A stretch of 64,000 nt of DNA. Origin: Acidobacteriota bacterium. GTDB taxonomy: Bacteria > Acidobacteriota > UBA6911 > RPQK01 > JAJDTT01. Shown here piece by piece: positions 19,310 through 28,288 of this stretch (its first letter is position 1; each line of letters opens with the position of its first letter). The DNA is taken from the NCBI GenBank assembly GCA_965209055.1, contig OZ242374.1, forward strand, positions 5,856,001 to 5,920,000, in the 5' to 3' direction. The notes under the pieces are model-generated. The model did no database searches. It saw nothing but the letters and a program-made list of their open reading frames with translations, and was not told the DNA's origin. Position numbers and translations under genes: made by a program.

Positions 19310-20260
19310 TCAACGGCCGGCCGGACCGGACCCGTCGTCCTTGCGAGCCTTCTGAACCACCGTCATGGCCGAGGCGATCATGCCGGCCATGTCGGACAGG
19401 TTGGAGGGAATGATCAGGGAATTGTTGGTCCGCGCCAGATTGCCGAACTGCTTGATGTACTGCTCCGCGACCCGCAGGTTGACGGCATCCTGACCGCCCT
19501 GCTCATTGATGGCGGAGGCGATTTCCCGGATTCCCTTGGCCGTGGCCTCGGCCACCTTCTCGATCTCCGTCGCTTGCCCCACGGCTTCGTTGATCCGGCG
19601 CTGTTTCTCCCCCTCGGAGCGCTTGATCAACTCCTGCTTTTCCCCCTCGGCAACGTTGATCTTCGCCTGTTTCTCCCCTTCCGACTGCGCCACCAAGGCC
19701 CGCTTCTCCCGCTCGGCCCGCATCTGCTTCTCCATGGCGCTCTTGATGCTCTGCGGAGGAATGATGTTCTTGACCTCGTAGCGGGTCACCTTCACGCCCC
19801 AGGGATCGGACGCCTTGTCCACCGCGTCGACGATCTCCGAGTTGATGGTCTCCCGCTCCTCGAAGGTGCGGTCCAGCTCCAGCCGGCCGATGACGCTTCG
19901 CATGGTGGTCTGGGCCAACTGCGTGGACGCGAACTGGTAGTTGTTGATTCCGTAGGAGGCCTTGCCGGCGTCGATCACCTGCAGATAGAGAATGCCGTCC
20001 ACCTCCACCGAGATGTTGTCCTGCGTGATGCAGGTCTGAGGCGGAACGTCCACCGCCTGCTCCTTGAGCGTATGCCGGTAGGCGACCTTGTCCACGAACG
20101 GCGTCAGGACATGGAACCCGGCCTTCAACGTGGCCCGATACTTGCCCAGGCGCTCCACGATGAAGGCGGACCTCTGTGGAACGATCCGGATGGTCTTGAA
20201 AAACGCGATCAGCGCCAACAGGATCAGGCCGATCAGAACAACCGTGCTCATGTCCACCAT
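19310..20260 (-). CDS. SPFH/stomatin-like (paraslipin) protein
   Basis: IVERLGKY, ITQDNISVEVDG, QTTMRSVIG, WGVKVTRYE, AMEKQMRAEREKRA; GGAGG RBS before ATG 20260. Confidence 0.95.
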   Translation of the reverse strand: MVDMSTVVLIGLILLALIAFFKTIRIVPQRSAFIVERLGKYRATLKAGFHVLTPFVDKVAYRHTLKEQAVDVPPQTCITQDNISVEVDGILYLQVIDAGKASYGINNYQFASTQLAQTTMRSVIGRLELDRTFEERETINSEIVDAVDKASDPWGVKVTRYEVKNIIPPQSIKSAMEKQMRAEREKRALVAQSEGEKQAKINVAEGEKQELIKRSEGEKQRRINEAVGQATEIEKVAEATAKGIREIASAINEQGGQDAVNLRVAEQYIKQFGNLARTNNSLIIPSNLSDMAGMIASAMTVVQKARKDDGSGPAGR

Positions 20261-20293
20261 GGTCACCTCCCGGCATTTCCGATGCCGATGAAA

Positions 20294-20746
20294 TCAGATC
20301 TTCTTCACTGTCAGCGTCAGATTTTCCTTGTCCAGGATCTCGACCGCCGCGCCTTCGGGAATCCTCTCCCCGGACTCGGCTTCCCACGTGGTGCCCCGGT
20401 AATCGACGCGGCCGGAGCGGTCGGACCGGATCTCACGGGTCACCAGCGCGCGCCCGCCCACGAATTCGTCGGAGTCGACGCCGCCGGCCGCCGGCCGAGG
20501 GCGGTTGATCCTCCCCTTGATCCGGTTTCGGAAGATTAGCAGCAGCACGACGGACGAAACCACGAACACTCCCAACTGCAGGTTCAGGGAGACCTCCGCC
20601 GTTATGCAGAGGAGGGCCACCAGCCAGGCGCCCAAAGCGAAGAAGATGAGGACCACTCCGGGATTGGCGAACTCCATGAGCAGCAGGACGACTCCCAGCC
20701 CGAACCAGAGGAATTGGGGTCTGAGCCATTCCTGAAGAGAATCCAT
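20294..20746 (-). CDS. NfeD family membrane protein (short form)
   Basis: Three N-terminal TMs plus OB-like C-terminus (GRVDYRGTTWEA); canonical partner upstream of the SPFH gene. Confidence 0.9.
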   Translation of the reverse strand: MDSLQEWLRPQFLWFGLGVVLLLMEFANPGVVLIFFALGAWLVALLCITAEVSLNLQLGVFVVSSVVLLLIFRNRIKGRINRPRPAAGGVDSDEFVGGRALVTREIRSDRSGRVDYRGTTWEAESGERIPEGAAVEILDKENLTLTVKKI

Positions 20747-20958
20747 CCATCCACCTCCGTTTCGCCGCTTGCCGCTCCTACTAGCCTATCAGTCCGCAGC
20801 CAAGGCCGTGGGGGCCTGCCCCCGGTGGCAAGGCGCCTCTGTCCTCCCTTGTCGCCGGCTGTATCATGTGGACGCCCACGCCGAACTGCGGGAGAGCGGA
20901 TCTTGCGGCGTCAGGGCCCATGGTCACGCCGCGCCGGGCGGACCGGAAGGATCTTCAG

Positions 20959-21888
20959 ATGGCCGGTTCCAAACTCGACCGGGACGTTCCCGAAACCTCC
21001 GCATCGAGTGGACTTCGCCTGGGTCTGGTCCAGAGCCGCTGCACTCCCGATCCGGAGGAGAACCTGCAGCGGGCGCTGGACGGAGCGCGGGAAGCGGCCG
21101 CCGGAGGAGCCCACGTCGTCTGCCTGCAGGAACTCTTCCAGTTTCCCTACTTCTGCCAGCGGGAGGACCCGGCGTTCTTCGACTGGGCGGAGCCGATCCC
21201 GGGACCGGCGTCCCGGCGGCTGTCGGTGCTGGCCCGCGAACTCGGCGTGATTCTCGTCGCTCCCCTCTTCGAGCGGCGCGCTCCCGGCCTCTACCACAAC
21301 ACGGCCCTGATCCTGGACGCCGGCGGCCGATCCCTGGGGCTGTACCGCAAGATGCACATTCCCGACGACCCCTTCTACTACGAGAAGTTCTACTTCACCC
21401 CGGGGGACCTGGGCTTCCAGGCTCATGCCACTCCCCACGGATCCGTCGGCGTGCTCATCTGCTGGGACCAGTGGTTCCCCGAAGCCGCCCGGGCGACAGC
21501 CTTGGCCGGCGCCCGGTTGCTCCTCTACCCCAGCGCCATCGGCTGGTTCCGGGACGACTCGCCCCGGGAGCGGCACGAGCAACAGGACGCCTGGGAGACC
21601 GTTCAACGCGCGCACGCCATCGCCAACGGGGTCTTCGTGGCGGCGGTCAACCGGGTGGGCAACGAGGGCGCCATCGGGTTCTGGGGACGCTCCTTCGTCT
21701 GCGACCCCTGGGGAAGGGTCCTGGCCCGCGCACCGGATGACCGCGGCCAGGTCCTGGTCGTGGAATGCCGGTTGCCGGAGGTGGAGGCCACCCGCAGGAC
21801 CTGGCCGTTTCTCCGGGATCGGCGGATCGAGAGCTATGACGGCCTCCTGTCGCGGTGGGGTTCCAAGCCGGATTTGCCGGACCTCTGA
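20959..21888 (+). CDS. aguB: N-carbamoylputrescine amidase (carbon-nitrogen hydrolase)
   Basis: CLQELF, YRKMHIPDDPFYYEKFYF, ICWDQWFPE (E-K-C triad); adjacent to agmatine deiminase. Confidence 0.88.
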   Translation: MAGSKLDRDVPETSASSGLRLGLVQSRCTPDPEENLQRALDGAREAAAGGAHVVCLQELFQFPYFCQREDPAFFDWAEPIPGPASRRLSVLARELGVILVAPLFERRAPGLYHNTALILDAGGRSLGLYRKMHIPDDPFYYEKFYFTPGDLGFQAHATPHGSVGVLICWDQWFPEAARATALAGARLLLYPSAIGWFRDDSPRERHEQQDAWETVQRAHAIANGVFVAAVNRVGNEGAIGFWGRSFVCDPWGRVLARAPDDRGQVLVVECRLPEVEATRRTWPFLRDRRIESYDGLLSRWGSKPDLPDL

Positions 21889-21889
21889 G

Positions 21890-22954
21890 ATGGCGTCCGG
21901 AACCGGCGCGCCGACTCCTCGAAGACTCGGCTACTTCATGCCTCCCGAGTGGCATCCCCACGAGTCCACTTGGCTGGCCTGGCCCACGAACCGGGAGACG
22001 TGGCCCGGACGCGTGAGGCGAATCCAGTCGCTCTTCCTGGAGATGATGCGGCTCCTGGCGTCCGGAGAGAGAATCGACCTGCTGGTGGACCACCGCGAGC
22101 AGGAGGAGGAAGTCCGCGGCCGTTTGGACCCGGCCGCGCGGCGGAGGGTTCGATTCCACTGGATCGCTACGGGCGACGCGTGGATCCGGGATTACGGTCC
22201 CAACTTTCTGATTCGATCCGGCGGCGAACAGGCCGCCGCCGGCTTCAACCAGTGGCGCTTCAACGCCTGGGGAGGCCGATACCCGGAATTGGCGGTGGAC
22301 GGAGACGTCCCGAGCCGGCTGGCCCCGTTGTTGGACATGCCTCGTTTCCGGCCCGGGCTGATGCTGGAGGGAGGCGCCATCGACGTGGACGGCCGGGGCG
22401 GGGTCCTGGCCTCTGAAACCTGCCTGCTCAATCCCAACCGAAACCCGGGACGAAGCCGGAAGGTCGTGGAGGACGGCCTGAGGAGCCATCTGGGCGCGTG
22501 CCGGACGATCTGGCTGGGAGACGGGTTGCCGGGTGACGACACCGACGGCCACGTGGACAACCTGGCGCGGTTCGTGCGCCCGGACACCATCGTCTGCGCG
22601 GTGGAGGAGGACTCCAGTCGACCCCATCACCACATACTCGAGGACAACCGACGGCGCCTGACGCTGGCCCGGCGGACGGACGGCCGCCGGTACCGGATCC
22701 TGACCCTGCCGCTGCCCTCCCCGCGTGAGACCGGACTCGAAGGACTCCCGGCTTCCTACTTGAACTTCTACATCGCCAACCGGAGGATAATAGTCCCGGC
22801 GTTCGGATGCCGGCAGGACGAACTGGCCCGCAAGACCGTACAGGAGCTGTTCCCGCGGCGGCGGGCCGTCAGCCTGAATTGCCGGGACCTGATCCGGGGA
22901 CTGGGAGGCATCCATTGCATCACGTTGCAACAGCCCCGGGCCGTCAGGGGTTGA
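21890..22954 (+). CDS. aguA: Agmatine deiminase family protein
   Basis: MPPEWHPHESTWLAWP, DAWIRDYGP, FNAWG, EGGAIDVDG, DDTDGHVD, GGIHCITLQQP; start ATG 21890. Confidence 0.92.
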   Translation: MASGTGAPTPRRLGYFMPPEWHPHESTWLAWPTNRETWPGRVRRIQSLFLEMMRLLASGERIDLLVDHREQEEEVRGRLDPAARRRVRFHWIATGDAWIRDYGPNFLIRSGGEQAAAGFNQWRFNAWGGRYPELAVDGDVPSRLAPLLDMPRFRPGLMLEGGAIDVDGRGGVLASETCLLNPNRNPGRSRKVVEDGLRSHLGACRTIWLGDGLPGDDTDGHVDNLARFVRPDTIVCAVEEDSSRPHHHILEDNRRRLTLARRTDGRRYRILTLPLPSPRETGLEGLPASYLNFYIANRRIIVPAFGCRQDELARKTVQELFPRRRAVSLNCRDLIRGLGGIHCITLQQPRAVRG

Positions 22955-22997
22955 GGAAGCGTTGGCCGGACGCGGTGGTCACGCTCCTGAGGGATCA

Positions 22998-23903
22998 ATG
23001 ATGCGACAATTTTTGTGGTTCCTGCTGGTCTTGGCATCCGGATTCTTTGCCGGCTCATACGACGGCGGCCTTGCCGGCGAAAGCCGCACGCGGCAGCAGC
23101 GACAGGTCGAGGAAAACCCTCCTGTTCTCAGGCCGGGGGAAGCTGCAGGCGTGAGGATCGCGCCCGGGATGTGGCGGCCGCACTATCCCTACGAGCAGAT
23201 CGTCTGGATCAGCCCTCCCTGGCCCAGCGCCGATTACATCTGGTTGGATTTCCCGGAGGCCATCTTCTCCGATCAGGGGCTCCTCTACCTGAGTCATGTC
23301 AATTCGGACTATCCCCCGCTGTTTCCCGATCTACCGCGGACCCCATGGCGGGAGATCCCGAATGGGGTGGCCTTCGAACGGCAATTGCCGAATGGAGTCC
23401 GTTTCGGAGGAAGAGTGGTCAAGACGGACGACACGACCGTCGCACTGGAACTCCACATCGAAAACGGCAGTCCCCGTCCTCTGACCAATATCCGACTGCA
23501 AACCTGCGGCTATCTGCGGGCCATCCGCGAGTTCGCCGATTTCACCAATGACAACAAGTTCGTTCATCTGCCGGGCCAGGGCTGGCAATCTCTTCGGAAG
23601 TCAATCGAAACCAGGGCTTCGGCGGGGAGATATGCCATTGGATTTCGGGGTATCGGCCTGCCGGGAGCCGACCTGCCGGTCATCGCTGCACTCTCCAGCC
23701 TCGGTCAACGTTTCGTGACCATGACCTGGTTCGATGACACGTTGTCGCTGACCGGGAATTACAGGCACCCCTGCTTCCACGCGGATCCCGGTTTTGCGGA
23801 CCTCTCACCCGGAGAATACGCTTCCATCGAGGGGACGATCCTTTTCTTCGAAGGGACTCTCGACCAGCTCGAAGCACGGATGAAGGCGAGCCGATCGCCT
23901 TAG
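22998..23903 (+). CDS. Hypothetical exported protein
   Basis: Signal-peptide-like N-terminus (MMRQFLWFLLVLASGFFAG); aromatic- and beta-rich body; HPCFHADP motif; no family recognised. Confidence 0.7.
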   Translation: MMRQFLWFLLVLASGFFAGSYDGGLAGESRTRQQRQVEENPPVLRPGEAAGVRIAPGMWRPHYPYEQIVWISPPWPSADYIWLDFPEAIFSDQGLLYLSHVNSDYPPLFPDLPRTPWREIPNGVAFERQLPNGVRFGGRVVKTDDTTVALELHIENGSPRPLTNIRLQTCGYLRAIREFADFTNDNKFVHLPGQGWQSLRKSIETRASAGRYAIGFRGIGLPGADLPVIAALSSLGQRFVTMTWFDDTLSLTGNYRHPCFHADPGFADLSPGEYASIEGTILFFEGTLDQLEARMKASRSP

Positions 23904-23947
23904 ACTCATGCTGTGGGACCGTTGTGCCCCCGGCGAGCAATGCGGGC

Positions 23948-24397
23948 CTACGGGTGCGCGTCCGTCCATGGATTCACCGTGATCACGCCGGTATTGCGAA
24001 AGTCCCGTTGGTTTCGTGTGACGACGGTCAGGCCGTGGCGTTTCGCCGTGCCCGCCAACATGGCATCGGGAAGATGCCCGTCGAGCGGCTCGCCCAGCCG
24101 CCGTTTGGCTTCCATGATGCGGGCACAGACCCGGGCATCGGCGGCCGTCCAATCGAACACTCGATCCTGAAAAAGGCGATCCAGAACGCCTTCAAACCGG
24201 TGGGCAATGTCCTCCCGGAGCCGGCCAGGCTCGATTCGTCCGATTCCGTTGAAAATCTCCCAGACGGTGATGGACGCAAGTCCGATCCCCTGTCCGGCGA
24301 TTCGGTCCAGAAACCTTTCGACGCGCCGCTCCGGACGAGGCCGCATCATTTCGGAAACGACGTTCGTGTCGAGGAGCCAGGCTATGGGAGCCCTCAC
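23948..24397 (-). CDS. vapC: PIN-domain toxin (VapC/FitB-like)
   Basis: WLLDTNVVSE, ITVWE, DAMLAGTA, VVTRNQRDF...VNPW; GTGA overlap with the antitoxin. Confidence 0.93.
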   Translation of the reverse strand: MRAPIAWLLDTNVVSEMMRPRPERRVERFLDRIAGQGIGLASITVWEIFNGIGRIEPGRLREDIAHRFEGVLDRLFQDRVFDWTAADARVCARIMEAKRRLGEPLDGHLPDAMLAGTAKRHGLTVVTRNQRDFRNTGVITVNPWTDAHP

Positions 24398-24651
24398 ACG
24401 CCGTCCTCGTCTGCGAATTCCACTGGCTTGTAGCCATAGCGGTCCGGCGGCGGCAGATCGATTCCGTCCTCCGGCCCGAAGTACCGCTTGAACACCTCGG
24501 ACGGCTTGGTGCGCCGTTCGGCCCTCTCCCGTCCTTCACGAATGAGCCGGCGGACGAACTCTTCCATGGAGACGCCGGCATCCCGCGCTGCCCTTTTCAG
24601 CCAGGACTTGTCCCCGGGTTCGATTCCACGGACGGTGATAACGGTACTCAT
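24394..24651 (-). CDS. FitA-like ribbon-helix-helix antitoxin
   Basis: MSTVITVRGIE...LKRAARDAGVSMEEFVRRLI is a FitA-type RHH N-terminus; directly upstream of the PIN toxin. Confidence 0.88.
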   Translation of the reverse strand: MSTVITVRGIEPGDKSWLKRAARDAGVSMEEFVRRLIREGRERAERRTKPSEVFKRYFGPEDGIDLPPPDRYGYKPVEFADEDGV

Positions 24652-24698
24652 CGTGGTGATTCCCTCGGACTGCATTTTTCACACCTGAGGCGGACCCT

Positions 24699-24720
24699 AT
24701 GCTAGCACAAAATGCTGTCA
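24699..24720 (-). promoter_or_regulatory. TA promoter/operator
   Basis: TGTGCTAGCAT extended -10 on -, overlapping two 8-mers TGCTAGCA (24700-24707) and TGCTGTCA (24713-24720). Confidence 0.6.
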
Positions 24721-24723
24721 CCA

Positions 24724-24785
24724 CTGGGACGAGTCCTGCCGTTGTTCGTACGAACGGCGAGATGGAGGTTACTGTGAAGAAAACG
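24724..24785. repeat. 62-bp imperfect direct repeat, copy 1
   Basis: Aligns without gaps to 25168-25229 at about 47/62 identities (manual count). Confidence 0.75.
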
Positions 24786-24826
24786 GACGTAGACTCGAAG
24801 CGCGGCGTAATCCCATGCCGCCTCGA

Positions 24827-25093
24827 CTAGGGTCCGAGCGTTCCTTCGGGGAGATAGCGATCCAGGAAACAGGCCACGGCAATTGCGGTGCCGACCAGGC
24901 CGACAAGCGCACCCACGATCCCTCCGGCCTGGACCCAGAGTGCCCGGTAGAGTCTGGTTTCCAGCCGCGCGATGTCCTGCTTCGTGGCCAAATGCTCACC
25001 GATTGGAACGGCTGCCGCTGCCGCTCTCGCCTTGGCCTCTTCCACACCTGCGTCAATAAACGCGTCGTAAATCTCGCTGACCATAACTCCCAT
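24827..25093 (-). CDS. Small coiled-coil/TM protein (DUF1640/CCDC90-like)
   Basis: EIYDAFIDAGVEEAKARAAA...LATKQDIARLETRL followed by a C-terminal TM helix. Confidence 0.7.
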   Translation of the reverse strand: MGVMVSEIYDAFIDAGVEEAKARAAAAAVPIGEHLATKQDIARLETRLYRALWVQAGGIVGALVGLVGTAIAVACFLDRYLPEGTLGP

Positions 25094-25167
25094 GAGCGCC
25101 CCTGCTCAGTCCAGTCTACCTTCTTGCTGATGAATCAGACAGCTTCCGCGGCAAATGCCCAGCACTG

Positions 25168-25229
25168 CTGCGACGAGTCTGATCCCTGTTTGTAGGAACG
25201 GCGGGACGGAGGAAACTGCGAAGAAAATG
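25168..25229. repeat. 62-bp imperfect direct repeat, copy 2
   Basis: CTGCGACGAGTC...GAACGGCGGGACGGAGGAAACTGCGAAGAAAATG versus copy 1 CTGGGACGAGTC...GAACGGCGAGATGGAGGTTACTGTGAAGAAAACG. Confidence 0.75.
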
Positions 25230-25231
25230 AG

Positions 25232-25525
25232 CTACTCGCCGCGGATTTTGCGGAGCTCCCGCTCCATCTGGCGATTCAGGCGGGACTTGTCCCGGGAAAG
25301 CTGCTGGTTCAGTTCCTGGATCTTGTCCGCGGCCCCCGTCTCGGCGGCCGCAGCGATCTGAGCCTGCTTGTGGATCTCCACCTCGGCGATGCGGGCCTGG
25401 TACTTGTTTCGGACCCGGGCAATGGCATCCCGCTGCTCGTCGTTCAGGCTTACGACCGAATATTCTTCCTGAGCCTCCAGCTTCTCGAGAGCCAGTTCCC
25501 AAGCGGACTTCAACTCGCCAGGCAT
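25232..25525 (-). CDS. Hypothetical coiled-coil protein
   Basis: LKSAWELALEKL...LNDEQRDAIARVRNKYQARIAE; AAAGGA RBS; downstream of ilvB. Confidence 0.8.
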   Translation of the reverse strand: MPGELKSAWELALEKLEAQEEYSVVSLNDEQRDAIARVRNKYQARIAEVEIHKQAQIAAAAETGAADKIQELNQQLSRDKSRLNRQMERELRKIRGE

Positions 25526-25549
25526 CGGCAGATCCTTTCCAGCTCGGCC

Positions 25550-27301
25550 CTAGGCCTCGTCGTAGATGGTATCGGCGAAGGTGTGTCCCGACGGAATCAT
25601 GGGCAGGACGTGCTCCGTATAGGGGATCACGACGTCCAGAACGTAGGCGGTCTTGCTGGCCAGCATCTCGTCCAGGGCATCGGAAACTTCCTCCCGCCGG
25701 GTGATTCGGCGCGCCGGGAGCCCGAACCCCTGGGCCAGAGAGACGAAGTCGGGATAGATGTTCTTCGGATCCCGGGGATCGCCGATGAAGGTGTGAGCCC
25801 GATTGCTGGAGTAGAAGCGATCCTCCCACTGGACCACCATGCCCAGGTGCTGGTTGTTCAGGATCAGCGCCTTGACCGGGATTTCCTCGGCATAGGCGGT
25901 GGCCAGCTCCTGGATGTTCATGACGAAGCTTCCGTCTCCGTCCACGTCGATGACCTCCCAGTCGGGGCAGCCCAGCTTCGCGCCCAGCGCCGCCGGATAG
26001 CCGAATCCCATGGCCCCGAGGCCTGCCGAAGTCAGGAGCGTGCGAGGATAGACGAACTTGAAGTACTGCGCGGCCCACATCTGGTGCTGGCCCACCCCGG
26101 TGGTGAGAATGGCCTTGCCCCGGGTTTTCCGGGAGAGGAGGTCCAGAACGTACTGCGGCATGATCTGGTCTCCCTCCTGACGATAGTGGAAGGGCTTGGA
26201 ACGCTTCACCTCCATCAAGTTCCACAACCAACCGGAGTAGTCCGTCTTGCCCAGGTCCATCCGGTTGAGACGCCGCAAGAGGTCGTGGACGTCCCCGGTC
26301 ACCGGAATCTGGGCCGGCTTGATCTTGTTGATCTCGGAAGAATCGATGTCCACGTGGACGATGGTGCCGTGCTTGGCGAATTCCTCGGCCTTTCCGGTGA
26401 CGCGGTCATCGAAGCGAACTCCGAAGGCCAGCAGCAGATCGGCGTTGTTGACCGCGTAGTTGGCGTAGACGGCGCCATGCATGCCCAGCATGTCGAAGCA
26501 GAGAGGATGGCCGGCCGGGAAACTGCCCAGGCCCAGGACCGTCATCACCGTGGGAATGCCCGTCTTCTCGACGAAGCGCCGCAACTCTCCGGAGGCATTG
26601 GAGCAGATGATGCCGTTGCCGGCGTAGATGATGGGGCGCCTGGACGTGCGAATCGCCCGTGCGATCTGACCCAGTTCCCGGTCCCTGGCCTTGATTTTCG
26701 GGCGATAGCTCCGGAGGTCCACGCGGGACGGCCACTTGGGCTTGGCGCTGGACTGTTGGACGTCCTTGGGAATGTCGATCAGAACCGGACCGGGCCGCCC
26801 GCTGGACGCCACGTGGAAGGCCTCCTTGACGATGTGGGGCAGGTCCGAGACCTTCTGGACCAGGTAGTTGTGCTTGGTGATGGGACGGGTGATCCCGACA
26901 ATGTCGGTCTCCTGAAAGGCGTCCTTCCCGATCATGGTCTGGGGCACCTGTCCGGTGACGGCCACGATGGGGACCGAGTCCATCTTGGCGTCGGCGATTC
27001 CCGTCACCAGGTTGGTCGCCCCGGGACCGGACGTCGCCAGGGCAACGCCCACCTTTCCCGTGGCCTTGGCATACCCTTCCGCCATGAAGATGCCGCCTTG
27101 CTCATGACGGGGAAGGATGACCCGGATCTTGTCCTGGACTCCCAGCCGGGTCAGAGCCTGATGAATCTCCATCGAGGCTCCGCCGGGATACCCGAAAATC
27201 ACCTCTACGTTCTCCCGCACCAGAGCCTCGGCCAGAATGTCCGAGCCCTGGAGTGTCTGCACTCGGGAGGGGGCGCTGGGGGAGACACTTGAGGAAGCCA
27301 T
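25550..27301 (-). CDS. ilvB: Acetolactate synthase large subunit, biosynthetic type
   Basis: IFGYPGG, RHEQGG, TSGPGATN, DAFQETD, MLGMHG, GVRFDDRVTGK, GDGSFVMNIQEL; start 27301 or 27307. Confidence 0.95.
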   Translation of the reverse strand: MASSSVSPSAPSRVQTLQGSDILAEALVRENVEVIFGYPGGASMEIHQALTRLGVQDKIRVILPRHEQGGIFMAEGYAKATGKVGVALATSGPGATNLVTGIADAKMDSVPIVAVTGQVPQTMIGKDAFQETDIVGITRPITKHNYLVQKVSDLPHIVKEAFHVASSGRPGPVLIDIPKDVQQSSAKPKWPSRVDLRSYRPKIKARDRELGQIARAIRTSRRPIIYAGNGIICSNASGELRRFVEKTGIPTVMTVLGLGSFPAGHPLCFDMLGMHGAVYANYAVNNADLLLAFGVRFDDRVTGKAEEFAKHGTIVHVDIDSSEINKIKPAQIPVTGDVHDLLRRLNRMDLGKTDYSGWLWNLMEVKRSKPFHYRQEGDQIMPQYVLDLLSRKTRGKAILTTGVGQHQMWAAQYFKFVYPRTLLTSAGLGAMGFGYPAALGAKLGCPDWEVIDVDGDGSFVMNIQELATAYAEEIPVKALILNNQHLGMVVQWEDRFYSSNRAHTFIGDPRDPKNIYPDFVSLAQGFGLPARRITRREEVSDALDEMLASKTAYVLDVVIPYTEHVLPMIPSGHTFADTIYDEA

Positions 27302-27516
27302 GACCATGTAACCTGTCAGTTGTTCCGATTTCAGGGAATTCCTATCGTCACCAGACGAATCTCGGATTCTATCACCAAATTTCAGCGGCGGCGCAAATGG
27401 GCGGGATTCGCGGATCGGCAACCAGGGACTGTGCTTAGGAGAATTATGTTTGGAATTCAGGTGAGGCCGGACAGCTTGCGAAGCTTCGGAACCGGGTGAT
27501 AAAACTGGCCTTCGAC

Positions 27517-28275
27517 ATGCGCCTCAAGGACAAGGTCGCCATCATCACGGGAGCCGCAGCCGGCATCGGAGAGGCCTCCTCCCGCCTGTTCGCCGCCGAA
27601 GGAGCCACGGTCGTGGCGCTGGACCTCGACCCGGCGGGTCTGGAGCGGTTGGTGGACGATCTTCGGGACCAGGGATTCGCCTGCCACGGCCTCTGCGTCG
27701 ACGTGACCTCCTCCTCCCGGTGCCGGGAAGCCATGGAGTGGACGGCCCGGGAACTGGGCCGGATCGACATATTGTTCAACAACGCCGGCTTCGTGCACCA
27801 AGGGACGCTGCTGGAGGCTACGGAGGAGGACTGGGACCAGGCCCTGGACCTCAATGTCAAGAGCATGTTCCGAACCTGCCGCCATGCGCTTCCCGTCATG
27901 CTGCGCCAGGGCTCGGGAAACATCATCAACACCGCGTCCGTCGCCGGCCTCTCCGGAGTCGTGAAACGGGGCGTCTACTCGGTCTCCAAAGCGGCGGTCG
28001 TGGGCCTGACCAAGAGCCTGGCCATCGATTACGTCAACAACGGGATTCGCGCCAACTGCATCTGTCCGGGGACGGTGGACACGCCCTCGCTTCAGTCCCG
28101 GATCAACACTGCGGCGGATCCCGTGCAGGCCAGGAAGGACTTCATCGCCCGCCAGCCCCTGGGCCGCCTCTGCCAAGCCGAGGAGATCGCGGCGCTGGCC
28201 CTCTACCTGGCCTCCGACGATTCCGTTTTCATGACCGGCCAGGCGGTGATCATCGATGGAGCCATGACCCTCTAA
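27517..28275 (+). CDS. SDR oxidoreductase (BDH2 / 2-keto-3-deoxy-L-fuconate dehydrogenase-like)
   Basis: TGAAAGIG, NNAGFVHQG, YSVSK, ICPGTVDTPSL, FIARQPLGR. Confidence 0.88.
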   Translation: MRLKDKVAIITGAAAGIGEASSRLFAAEGATVVALDLDPAGLERLVDDLRDQGFACHGLCVDVTSSSRCREAMEWTARELGRIDILFNNAGFVHQGTLLEATEEDWDQALDLNVKSMFRTCRHALPVMLRQGSGNIINTASVAGLSGVVKRGVYSVSKAAVVGLTKSLAIDYVNNGIRANCICPGTVDTPSLQSRINTAADPVQARKDFIARQPLGRLCQAEEIAALALYLASDDSVFMTGQAVIIDGAMTL

Positions 28276-28288
28276 AGGAGAGTTCGGC

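Noticed and set aside
24724-25229. CRISPR array or classical integron
   Set aside because: Only two diverged 62-bp copies 444 bp apart; no cas or intI gene; no clear attC RYYYAAC...GTTRRRY ends.
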